Source: Eledone cirrhosa (Eukaryota). Taken from it: a stretch of DNA of 64,000 nucleotides. A program made the translations under genes and the position numbers. Positions 52,332 to 64,000 of this stretch are shown here, piece by piece. The notes under the pieces are model-generated. The model saw nothing but the letters and a program-made list of their open reading frames with translations, did not search any database and had not been told where the DNA came from. The DNA is taken from positions 320,354,001 to 320,418,000 of the forward strand of contig OZ024741.1 of the NCBI GenBank assembly GCA_964016885.1. Reading direction: 5' to 3'. Each line of letters begins with the position of its first letter. Within the stretch, counting starts at the first letter, position 1.

Positions 52332-55300
52332 TGTTCGTCTACAGCGTGATAGTGCCACGCTAAAATTACCGGGGGTGATCAAATCACTGGGGGTGATGAA
52401 ATCACCGGTGGTTATGTAACCATACATTCAACAATCCTCGATATGAATGTTTAAATGTCGAACCTAAACAGTTCGAATAACGGTGAAGTGGAGACTGGAA
52501 TGTCATGTGACAGACTCTCACCCAGCAGGTGCTCCCTGGCCCAGCAGCAGGGACTTGGCTGTCATCCAAATACTGCTGGTGTTGGAGGAAGAAGAAGGAA
52601 AGGGACCAGAACCAACTGGACGAAAGAATTGAATAGAACTGTCATGGAATGTTACCTGAAGAATAACCCCAAGGAAAAAGGCTATAGGAAACGGATGCAT
52701 AACATCTGGAACGAGATTGGTCTATTTAAATTAGATGAACAAAAATTGGCTGGGCAGGCTCAGGTAATAAGAACTAATGGGTGGATAAGCGAGCTGGAAC
52801 TGGAGGAACTCAGCAGAGAGATTAGGTTGGAAATGGAGAGTGGAGTATGCCAGGCAAACGAGCCAGTGGGAAATGTAGGTGAAGACGTTGAGAGAACGGA
52901 AGAAGCATCCGAAGCAGACAATGATCTGAATGCTGAAATAAATAATACCTGGAACAAAGATACGGCCTATGAGGAAATGAATGCTCACGGGCTAGGACAA
53001 GATTGGGTTGATATTGAAAACTTAGTGGTAGATGAAATGAATAATGAGAGTTGGAAACCTATGAACCTAAGATTTGTAGACAGGAAAAAGTTAAAAGAAA
53101 CAAAAGCTAAGGTAAACAAAGTCATCCCATACCTTGAGGCGAGGAACCTTCACCAGTGCAACAATATCCTCAAAGCAACAGCAAATGCGGTGAGGAAATT
53201 ACTTGGCATAAAAGCGAGAGGAAACAACAAACAAGAAAGATCAGAACCTTGGTGGAAGAATGAAGCGAAAGAAAGAGGCAACGACTTGATCCCTGATGGG
53301 AACAAACTAAGACATTCTGGAGAGGAATATGGGAGCAAGATGTTAAACATAATGATTAGGCAGTGTGGATTGAGACAGTACAAAAGGAGATTAGTGAACA
53401 GGCACACCAACAAACTGATTTGAGTATCACAGTTGAAACTCTTAAGGGGCAGGCCAGAAAACTAACCAACTGGAAATCACCAGGCCCAGATGGTGTGCAG
53501 GGGTATTGGATTAAAAATATAACATCCCTCCACTCGAAACTGACAACCATGTTCAATGACTGCTTGATGTCAGGTGAGGTACCAGAGTGGTTGACAAAAG
53601 GTAGCACAGTTCTGGTAATGAAAGACCGAACCAAGGGTAATGATGTTACCAACTATAGACCTATCACATGTCTGTCCGTAATATGGAAACTGTTAACAAG
53701 CATAGTGTCTGAGGAAATCTACCATCACCTCCACATAAACAACTTATTACCGGACGAACAGAAAGGATGTCGAAAGAAGACCCGTGGTACAAAGGACCAG
53801 TTACTTATTGATGAGATGGTAATGAGAAATTGCAAGAGGAGACACACTGGTCTTGCCATGGGATGGATAGACTACAAAAAGGCATTTGATATGGTGCCTC
53901 ATTCCTGGATCACCAAAAGCCTAGAAATCTTCAAGGTGGCAGATAACATCAGACAGTTGTTGAGCAAAAGTATGAAATCCTGGAAAACAGAGTTAACATC
54001 AGCTGGAGTATCCTTGGGAGGCGTGAAGATCAAGAGAGGTATCTTCCAGGGAGATAGTCTGTCCCCTCTGTTGTTTGTCCTTGCTCTGATGCCCCTGATC
54101 ATTATACTGAGAAAAGTGAGAGCAGGATACAAGTTGGGAAAGGGAGAGCTTACCATCAATCACCTCCATTTCATGGACGATCTTAAGCTCTTCGGGAAGA
54201 GTGAGAAGGAGTTGAATGTGCTTGTTGACACTGTCCTCATTTTCAGCAATGATATGTGTATGCAATTTGGTATTAGTAAGTGTGGAGTCCGTGTGATGAA
54301 GTGGGGTAAATTGAGCAGAAGCAACGGAATCCAGGTATCAACAGGTGAGATGATAAAGGAAATTGATACTGAAGAAGGATACAAATATTTAGGTGTTCTG
54401 GAGGCTGATGACATCAAGAACAAAAAAATGAAGGAATTGATAAGATCTGAATACCTTCGGAGAGTAAGGAGCGTATTAAAGTCACATGTGAACAGTAGGA
54501 ATGCCATAAGGGCAGTAAATTCCCGAGCTGTGTCTATTATTAGGTACTGTGCGGGAATTCTGATATGAAATGTTGCTGAACAAAAAGAAATGGATAGGAA
54601 CACTAGGAAGCTATTGACTATCTACAACATGTTCCACAAGAGGAGTGATGTCGATACACTCTACTTAAGGAGATCTGAAGGTGGAAGAGGTCTTATCAGC
54701 ATAGAGGACTGTGTTCAGATGGAGAAAAACAACCTACACAAATACGTGACTGATAGTAGGGAGCCAATGCTCAGAATTGTACTGAAGGAGAGGACAATAG
54801 ACCAGGGGATGGCCAAGGAGGAAATAACAACAAGGAAAAAGAGCAACCTTCATGAAAAATCCCTTCATAGTACCTTCTTTGAGAAAACTGAATTTAGAGA
54901 TCCACAGATATGGAACTGGTTGAAAAGAGGAGACCTTAAAAAGGATACAGAAGGAATGCTAATGGCTGCGAAAGAGCAGGCCCTCAAAACGAAGTGGCTG
55001 AAAAACCATATTTACAAGGAGGAGGCTAGCCCACTGTGTAGGATCTGTGGAGAGAGAGAGGAGACTGTGGCTCACATTGTATCCGAGTGTAAACACCTAG
55101 CCCAGACTCACTATAAAGGCTGGAGACATGATGTGATGGGCAGGGTGACCCACTGGCACCTATGCAAAGTAAACATTTTACCACATTCTGAGAAGTGGTA
55201 TGAGCATAAGCTAGAGTCGGTGATAGAAAATGATCAGGTGAAGGTGCTGTGGGATTTTAGGATACAGACGGACAAGAAACTGGAACACAATAGACCTGAC

Positions 55301-55507
55301 CAGGTGGTTTTGGACAAGGAAAAAAGATCGTGCCTGATTGTGGATGTGGCCTACCCATTCGACACGAGAGTGCAAGAGAAGGAGAGGGAGAAAATTAACC
55401 GATACCAGGACTTAAAGGGGGAGGTAAGAAGGATTTGGAACTGCCATGAAGTCAAAGTCATAGGCGCACTAGGTACTATCTCAAAGAGTTTCCAAGGATG
55501 GTTAAAG
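52332..55507 (+). mobile_element. R4/Dong-like non-LTR retrotransposon with restriction-like endonuclease, near full length, 3' end clipped
   Basis: Single-ORF layout: N-terminal WTKELNRTVMECY..GYRKRMHNIW; RT KSPGPDG, NYRPITCL, WIDYKKAFD, GIFQGDSLSP, FMDD, YKYLG; CRICG..ETVAHIVSEC, RHD, PD..D..K endonuclease. Confidence 0.9.
52455..55507 (+). pseudogene. R4/Dong-like polyprotein (RT, CCHC, PD-(D/E)xK), disrupted
   Basis: ORFs 52455-53423, 53363-54568 and 54590-55555; frameshift near 53300, probable internal deletion after EPWWK, in-frame TGA at 54566-54568. Confidence 0.88.
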
Positions 55508-56986
55508 CATGGCGTCCGATGTATGTTGCACACGTCAACATACATACCTACATAAGCATACATCCTACATACATTTCTATCCACATATAAACACAATGAC
55601 ATACGTAAACACACATGTTCTATGGTGCAACACAAATATACAAATATTTGCATACCTTTTGATGTCTATAGATATAAACGTGCCGACACGCACACATACA
55701 TATACGCACACATGCATTGCACACTGATGGGCACATACATATTTGTACACAAGTATTCCCATACGGCAGCCTAATGGATTCTCCTTGCAGTACGTACAAT
55801 CTGGACACTCACACACACCTTGGTGTTATGACAACACTATACATCATTTTACCCCTTTTATCATTAATGTTTTTGATGTTCTTTTGAGAGAATCGTTTTT
55901 GCAAATTAATGAAAATATCGAATAATGTACACCATTTTTACCAGTATCACAAAAATACTGGTCCATCCATACACACACACACATACACACATATACCCAC
56001 ACACACACATACACACGCGTACACTAACATACAAACTGACATACACACACACACTTCTGCGTATAAGACAAGAGCTGAAAAGTATCTTTCAACATGTTAT
56101 AAAATATCCCCCACACACGTACACACACATTCCTACTGACCGAATTTATTCCCTCTACCACGAACCACTCTACTACACACACACACATATTTGTCTTAAT
56201 AGACACCTGAACTGTTGACCTTTCAACATGACTGCAATTCACACACACATCCCTACTGACCATTATCACAACAATGAACCTCTTTACTACACACACACAC
56301 ACATATTTGTCTTAAAAGTCTTATTTTTCAGTGACTTCTCAATCAGTCGAAAAAGGACACTCTTCGACAAACCTACATTTGGCGCAAAATCAATTTTTAA
56401 CATTCACGACCTCTACCGACCAATCAAAATTGTTTTGACTACAAGAATTTCTGCAACACGAATTGGCGCGCAATTTATAGTACTCATTCACGTGACATTC
56501 AACAACCAACCAAATCTTAATACCTCTGGAGCCACTTTTTTCACATAAAACAGGAAGAATTTCCAAAACTGATCAGATTAGAGCAAACATCACGGCCGCT
56601 CTATCTCAAAATTAGTTTTGAAAAGCATTAGAAATGCGCAACCGGTAAAAACTTAAAACTAAAACTGAATACTAACAAATACGTATTACTAATTTATACT
56701 TATTCCTAATTAAACTATTTTTCACTGGGAAAAATTTGTCACCATTTTCTTTTCCTTTTACTAATATATATAAATATATATATATATAAGTATGTATACG
56801 TACATACATATATGTATACAGACGTACAGTAGTATGTATATATACATGCATGCACATATATATATGTACGTATGGATTCACCAAACATTTATTATAATGC
56901 TCGGTGTGTTTGTAAACAAACATCCCGTATAAAGTCGCAGTGTCTAGCAACCACCGTTGCTCGTTTGTTCAACACTGACAAAGGAA

Positions 56987-57027
56987 CGCTGTACTAGTTT
57001 CAAGCTTGTTAGCTATCGTCAGCAACG
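56987..57027 (-). ncRNA. Minimal type I hammerhead ribozyme motif
   Basis: CGTTG CTGACGA T AGCT AACA AGCT T GAAAC TA GTA CAGCG: intact core, 5 bp stem I, 4 bp stem II, palindromic ACTAGT stem III. Confidence 0.75.
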
Positions 57028-57373
57028 TATACCTTCCTGCCAGAATGTTGAACGTCCGAAAGTATATACTTTCCTTATGCATATTAACGGCTGAGTAGCC
57101 CAATTTGCATATCGAGTGGGTTAATCGGCCGGGTGCACCGAAAACGATAAACGGAAAAAATGAAACGAAATTTCATTTCCCACTCTTACTGTTACTTAAA
57201 TATAAGTATGTATACGTACAGACATATATGTATACAGACGTACAGTAGTATGTATATACATACATACAAGCACACATATATATACATGTACGTATGGATT
57301 CACCAAACATTTATTATAATGCTCGGTGTGTTTGTAAACAAACATCCCGTATAAAGCCGCAGTGTCTAGCAAC

Positions 57374-57434
<61 letters not shown>

Positions 57435-57464
57435 AAAAAATAGAGGTGTAAAACACGAATTGTG

Positions 57465-57847
57465 ATATATTGGTAAAAGGAAAAGAAAATGCTGACAAAT
57501 TATTCCCAGTGAAAAATAGTTTAATTAGGAATAAGTAAAAATTAGTAATAAGTATTGGTTTCAGTTTTAGTTTTAAGTTTTTACCGGTTGCGCATTTCTA
57601 ATGCTTTTCAAAAATAATTTTGAGATAGAGCGCCCGTGATGTTTGCTCTAATCGGATTAGAGCAAACATCACGGGCGCTCTATCTCAAAATTATTTTTGA
57701 AAAGCATTAGAAATGCGCAACCGGTAAAAACTTAAAACTAAAACTGAATACTAACCAATACTCATTACTAATTTTTACTTATTCCTAATTAAACTATTTT
57801 TCACTGGGAACAATTTGTCAGCATTTTCTTTTCCTTTTACCAATATA
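57465..57847. repeat. ~380 bp near-perfect palindrome centred at 57654 (further arm copy at ~56576-56765)
   Basis: Same family as 3954-4334; arms separated by 1 nt. Confidence 0.9.
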
Positions 57848-57865
57848 TATATATATATATATATA

Positions 57866-58438
57866 TTAATTTTGATTTATTTTGAAAAATTGGTTGAATT
57901 TTACTTGTTCTGCTTATCTTGTTATTAAGTTCTGGTATATCAAATTATTACCATAGAACCACCTTAAATCATAGACACACTATATATTTCCGGGGGTACA
58001 TTGTACCCTCAGATATATATTAACCTTATTCAATAATCTCCAGTATGTAGAGATAAATCTTTGTTGTTCTATCTAGTTACTAAAAATCTTTTTTTTAGTG
58101 GCGATTATAGACGGCTAGTCTACGATTTCCCGCCTTCACTATACACCAATGTATTTACGGGTCACTTTACGACCTTTTAGACCTGTATTAGTTGGAGTGA
58201 GGTCATATATTTTGTCGTTCCTGGGGTTTTTAACCCTAGGACAGGAAAATGCTTCTCTGATGATCGTTGCTTTTCCATTAATATCCTCGTGATATTTAAT
58301 GTTTTGCACCGTGAAACTGTACAGTTAGGGCCACTTGAATAGGTAAATATTTATATTATATTTTTTAATTTTGATTAATTATAATTGTATATTAATTTTG
58401 ATTTATTTTGAAAAATTGGTTGAATTTTACTTGTTCTG

Positions 58439-58443
<5 letters not shown>
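57866..58443 (+). repeat. Mini-element with ~50 bp terminal direct repeats and an internal hammerhead motif, bounded by (TA)n
   Basis: ATTAATTTTGATTTATTTTGAAAAATTGGTTGAATTTTACTTGTTCTGCTTAT at both ends. Confidence 0.7.
58253..58330 (+). ncRNA. Type I hammerhead ribozyme motif with extended stem II
   Basis: TTCT CTGATGA T CGTTGC..CATTAATATC..GATATTTAATG..GCACCG T GAAAC TGTACA GTT AGGG; palindromic AACTGTACAGTT. Confidence 0.6.
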
Positions 58444-58532
<89 letters not shown>

Positions 58533-59968
58533 TTATGAAAGGTGTGGCATGCAGTGCACATCCAAAAAAATATATTGTGTTGATCTCCTCTCGTGATCAC
58601 GTACGGGTGATATGACCGGCTTTTGAATGCGTAGTACAACCGCAAATTCTGGCAAGGAGATCACCTCTGGGCCCTGAAATGATCAAGATGGGTGATACAA
58701 TTGCATATATTTGATAATACATGTTTCAATACAAAGATAATATTAGGTGCAAAGTATTTAAACGGACGGAAGTTATAAATTAATCTTAGTCAACCAAGAC
58801 AAGTTTTCCATCTCCTAGTTGGATGTTTGGACTAGAGCAAGAGGTCCCGCATATCAAGTGATATTATTGAACACTTGGTTTCTAGCTTAAGTATCGCTAT
58901 ATCCATGCGCAGTAAAGCTAGATATCTTTTTATCCTGTTGGCTTCATCCCTTCTTTTGACAAATCTTCGGTTTGCCTTCTAGCAACCGTCCTCAATAGGC
59001 GAGTCTGGTGAGTGCACCGGTTCGGTGGACCGTGTAACATATTATACGGGATTACATGTTACTAATATCACTCACAAGTCATCTGACATGTTGGTGGACT
59101 GCCAACTAAGGCGCATCTGATGGGAGTGTGATAAACTAATAGGGACTATTATAGCTAGGATGGTTGTTGCATACGTGGGTTTACATATCCCTATGTAATG
59201 AAAGATATATTAAAGATTGGAAGAGAAAGTAAGAAAAAACATTACAGCGAAGCCACATATTATACATTGGTAGTTAATTGGATGTAAATTTACATAGGAT
59301 ACGAAATAAACAGAAAAAGAAGTTAAAGTCTTATCTCTTCAGCATGGCTGGTTTGAGATGCCTGTCCAAAAGACGTCTTTAACAAGAAAGCGTACATAGA
59401 GAGAAGGGGTGGGGAGAATGACAATAACAAGATAAAAAAGTATGTCATACATTTTTTAAAGGGATTAATAATCCTTATCTCTCGTGAAAGATAGAAAATG
59501 TATACATAGATACATAAAAACGTACATGCATAAATACATGATAAAGATGACGAGGCTACGTGCTTGTACTACAGACATAGAACCCATCCCCTCCATGCAG
59601 TTATGTTTCCAGTGACAAGCCAAGACAAAATAACACGACAGTTACGAGGATCGCATGTGTTGTTGTCATGGAGTTTAACCTCTCCGGGGGATGTAGCTGT
59701 ACCCACCATGCTTGGCCAATTGCAGGTTGGTGAGGCTATTTAACCCATGGTTGGGGTGGATGGCTGAGCTGCTATCAAAAACCTGACCAAGACTTGGTAC
59801 ACAACTTTACTCTTTAGGAATATACTATACATCATTTTACCCCTTTTATCATTAATGTTTTTGATGTTCTTTTGAGAGAATCGTCTTTGCAAATTACTGA
59901 AAATATCGAATAATGTACACCATTTTTACCAGTATCACAAAAATACTGGTCCATCCACACACACACAC

Positions 59969-59999
<31 letters not shown>

Positions 60000-60559
60000 T
60001 ACACACGCGTACACTAACATACAAACTGACATACACACACACACACACACATACACACGCACACACACACACTTCTGCGTATAAGACAAGAGCTGAAAAA
60101 TATCTTTCAACATGTTAAAATATCCCCCACACATACATTCCTACTGACCGAATTTATTCCCTCTACCACAAACCACTCTGCTACACACACACACACACAC
60201 ACATACTCATATTTGTCTTAATAGACACCTGAACTGTTGACCTTTCAACATGACTGCAATTCACACATACATCCCTACTGACCATTATCACAACAATGAA
60301 CCTCTTTACTACACACACACACACACACATATTTGTCTTAAAAGACTTATTTTTCAGTGACTGCTCAATCAGGCGAAAAGGACACTCTTCGACAAACCTA
60401 CATTTGGCGCAAAATCAATTTTTAACATTCACGTGACCTCTACCGACCAATCAAAATTGTTTTGACTACAAGAATTTCTGCAACACGAATTGGCGCGAAA
60501 TTTATAGTACTCATTCACGTGACATTCAACAACCAACCAAATCTTAATACTTCTGGAGT

Positions 60560-61440
60560 GATAAGGAGCAAAATGGGTCTGATAGCATTCACTATCAAAA
60601 AGGTATATTTCAGAGTGATGTCTTGTCAGTGCTGCTTTTCGCCCTTTCATTAAAGCAACTACCACATCTGCTCACAAAATAATGGCCAGAAAAATGGACC
60701 CAGCAATATCTCCCATCTTTTCTTTGTCGATGACCTGAAATTTTATGGGTTAACATTGCCCAATTTTCAACAGTATTGGAATGAAATTTTGTGAGTCTAA
60801 ATGTACATTTTTGACAAAATATTATTGCGATACCCACTGATCTAGAAGAGAGGCATTAAATAATATCTGATAGCAATCTTTCTCCCAGTAACATAGTGCG
60901 ACTCTACTCAATACTCGAACAAAAGGAAACAAACTGAGAAGATTGTACATGGGTACTTGAGACGAAAAACACAGACCATAGAGGGGATAAACCATGCTAA
61001 AAGCCTAAAATGGGTCATCAGTTGACATTAAATATAGACTGTGCATAACAAAGATTAAAGGTGTTAGCCACATTATTGCTAACTTTAAAAGAATGTCTTC
61101 TCGTTAATACCTCCCCAAGAACCACGCGGTGATAGCTATCAGGAATGCATTACGTAAGACGAAAATAAAATCAAGTAAAGGAAAATATGTTGGGACTTAT
61201 GGCTTGTGTGTGAACCTAAAAATAAAAATTGCCACAAAATTAAAGCACAATAAACCAGATATTGTTATTTATGACCACATATTAAAGACATACTTTGTTG
61301 TAGAGGTCAACTGCCCACTTGATGTCAATATGGTAAGAAAAATGCAAGAGCAGGCGGTTATCTGCGGATCATTGATGTGAAATGTTCAGATCCAGTATCC
61401 AAAATACACGTTCAGCTTCATACCCGTCATTATTGGTAGC
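60560..61440 (+). mobile_element. Heavily deleted R4-like REL LINE remnant
   Basis: YQKGIFQSDVLSVLLF, ISHLFFVDDLKFY, KLKHNKPDIVIYD..VVEVNCPLD..FIPVIIG. Confidence 0.7.
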
Positions 61441-62168
61441 CGGTCAAAAATAAACTGAAAATTAAAGAGAGAGAGAAAGAGAGAGAGAGAGCGTGTGTGT
61501 GTACCCCGGCACAATTTCATACTTATTCTTATTCTCACACTCTATGTATTCTCAAATTATTCTCTATCTCATGCATTCAGGCACACAAACACCCAAACAC
61601 ATATTACATATTATGACAATAATTTCTATCTTACACACAGCTATACAAATATATTCCCTTCCTCATCCTTCCCATTTCTCTTCAAATTTATTTTCGTAAA
61701 CGCACGCACAGACGACGAAGCGCACTCACACAGAAGATTCTATATATTTTCTCTATTATTCTTTATCGCATTGCCACACACACACACACACACACACACA
61801 ACTACACCTGCACGCACACACACCTCTACGCAACACGTCTCTATGAGATCATCTATAAGGAAAATAAACACACTGCAATATCCATGTCATTGTGTTGTGA
61901 GGACATTTAAAAGTTTTTTTCTTTTTTTAGCTGAAATCATACCTAATTATTACTTCCCTTTGTCGTAACATTTGCATCCATAAAGTCAGCAAATTCAACC
62001 GTGAAGTAAAAGAAACGTCCAATCCCATAGAAGCTGTGATACTTTCTTGCAATTTATTCTACCCTCGTGGTTTTCTTCTTTGTTACGTCAAATAAAATTT
62101 CTTTGCCTTCTAAACACAAAGATAACAATAATAAAAATCATTAGTAATACTAGTAGTAGTAGTAGTAA

Positions 62169-62221
<53 letters not shown>

Positions 62222-62317
62222 TATAGATATTGTTAATGTTACTTTATTGATAACAATAAAGAAAATATATGTAGGTAAGACACGACAAACATATTCATAG
62301 GATAGGGAACGAAAGAC

Positions 62318-62412
<95 letters not shown>

Positions 62413-63208
62413 CGTGTGTGTGTGTGCGTGCGTGTGTGTGTGAGTGAAAAATAAACGGAAAATCTCCACAGATGATGAAGTCCAATAAAGATATATATTA
62501 GATTCACGCTTAATATAGTAGGAACAGTTTTCAATTTTCGGGCGTTATATGTGTGTATATGTACGCATAAAATTCGCCGACAATGACAGGGTGTATAGTA
62601 AAACTAATCTAATAATCCTTGGAATACAGCATTGTACTGTACGTGAAGAAGTGAGAATCCCAGCGTTTTCCTTGACCTTTGTCATTTTAAGTCTGTCCCC
62701 ACCCAAATAGTTTAACCCCCACCACTATCTATATATCAATCACTATAGCCAGCATCAAATGCTTATCATTTTACTAAGTTAAAGGACTGTTAGTAGAAGT
62801 TCTTTGCTGGATCAGTTGTAAATCATCAGGTCAACTTATGTCAGATCATTGAAATTGTATACTTTCTATTACTCCTTCTTCCTGGAATCTTGGCCAATGT
62901 CACCACCATTACTGCATTCATCACAGCATCACCATCATCATCAGCAGCATCGTTATCATCATCATCAACATCATCAGTCCTCATACAAATACTATCTCAG
63001 ATTCACACATCTCCATTCCATCGTTGTATAAACACATCAATCATCTATGTTGTCCAGTATATACTGCCTCTTCTTCTTCTAATATATGTATATATATATA
63101 TATATATATATACACACGCAGACACACACACGCACACACACACACATATATATATATATATGTGTGTGTGTGAGTGTGTGTGTACGATGATGATGATGAT
63201 GACTGCTA

Positions 63209-63602
63209 TGGGAATGCAAGCCATAGCCAAACACATCAGGCTAGGGCTTGCGAGGCGAGCGGGACCTTATGCCCGACGATACCAATGCAAGCCTTAGACA
63301 GACGCACAACGTTAGGGTTTACGAGGCGAGCGTGGCTATATGACCAGCGAAGTCGAAGGAAGCTATAGCCACAGACCCACAGCTAGAACTCCCAGGGAAA
63401 GGTGTGATTTATGCACAGTGATGCTGGGGGAAGCTATATCAACTGACAAAAAGCTAGAACTTCCAAGATGAGCTGTATTTTATGCACAGCGATACCGGAG
63501 GAAGCTATAGCCACAAACCCACAGCTAGAGCTTCCATGAGCCGTACTTTATGCACAGCGTTGCTGAAGAAAGCTATCACCATAGACCCATAGCTAGAGCT
63601 TC
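63209..63602. repeat. Composite minisatellite: two ~75 bp units then about 3.5 units of ~70 bp
   Basis: AATGCAAGCC..TAGGG.TT.CGAGGCGAGCG twice; GAAGCTATAGCCACA.ACCCACAGCTAGA..TTTATGCACAG repeated. Confidence 0.8.
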
Positions 63603-64000
63603 GTTTAGTTGGCAAAACCAGAAACAAACAAACAATATTCTTCCTCTTGGTGCGAGAAGTTTGAACAATATTTGTCAATGAAAATTAGCAGTTATATAAT
63701 CAGCAGTTGCACCACTAAACCACCGAGACTGTTCGAAATTTTAGACATTTTAAAAAGTTATATTGCAAATATTAACCTTTCGAATCTTTATGGTCTTACC
63801 TATTTTACACTTACGTATTGATTTGCTGAAGTATTTTACATTGTTGGATACCGGGTTCGAATATTCAATCAATTATTAAAGGCTAAAATTTACTTTTATT
63901 TATATAATTATTTTCATTTTTGTCTAAACAAATAACCAATTCTCTCTTTTCTCTCTCTCTTACTCTCTCGCTCTCTCTATGTATATATATATATATATAT

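Larger units (their letters stand above)
55836..60558. repeat. ~700 bp direct duplication (55836-56531 and 59824-60558)
   Basis: Co-linear sequence differing by substitutions and (CA)n lengths. Confidence 0.9.

Noticed and set aside
58529-59039. Possible solo LTR (TG..CA)
   Set aside because: No matching TSD, PBS, PPT or second copy

Overview
Repeat-dominated eukaryotic (animal) intergenic or intronic DNA. Dense (CA)n/(TA)n/(GA)n/(CATA)n/(AAT)n microsatellites and a Nin-domain tRNA-SINE suggest a cephalopod, probably an octopus (inference). No host protein-coding exon can be supported, and most ORFs in the track are microsatellite artefacts. Main contents: (1) two full-length ~6 kb Tx1-clade LINEs (ORF1 with CCHC knuckle; ORF2 APE-RT-CCHC) in head-to-tail tandem at 38.4-50.4 kb, each bounded on both sides by pure (AAT)n, plus several deleted or decayed relatives; (2) about 20 copies of a tRNA/Nin-domain SINE whose last ~30 nt and (ATT)n tail resemble the Tx1 3' end, a candidate LINE-SINE partnership that seeds its own target; (3) R4/Dong-like REL-endonuclease LINEs ending in (TAA)n in the same tracts but in opposite orientation; (4) an RTE LINE with C-terminal C2H2 fingers and 5' inversion, and a ~600 bp bipartite RTE derivative arrayed in (CATA)n; (5) a decayed CRE-clade RT; (6) Penelope-like remnants, long palindromes and several minimal type I hammerhead ribozyme motifs. 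All family assignments come from motif recognition by eye; no searches were run.
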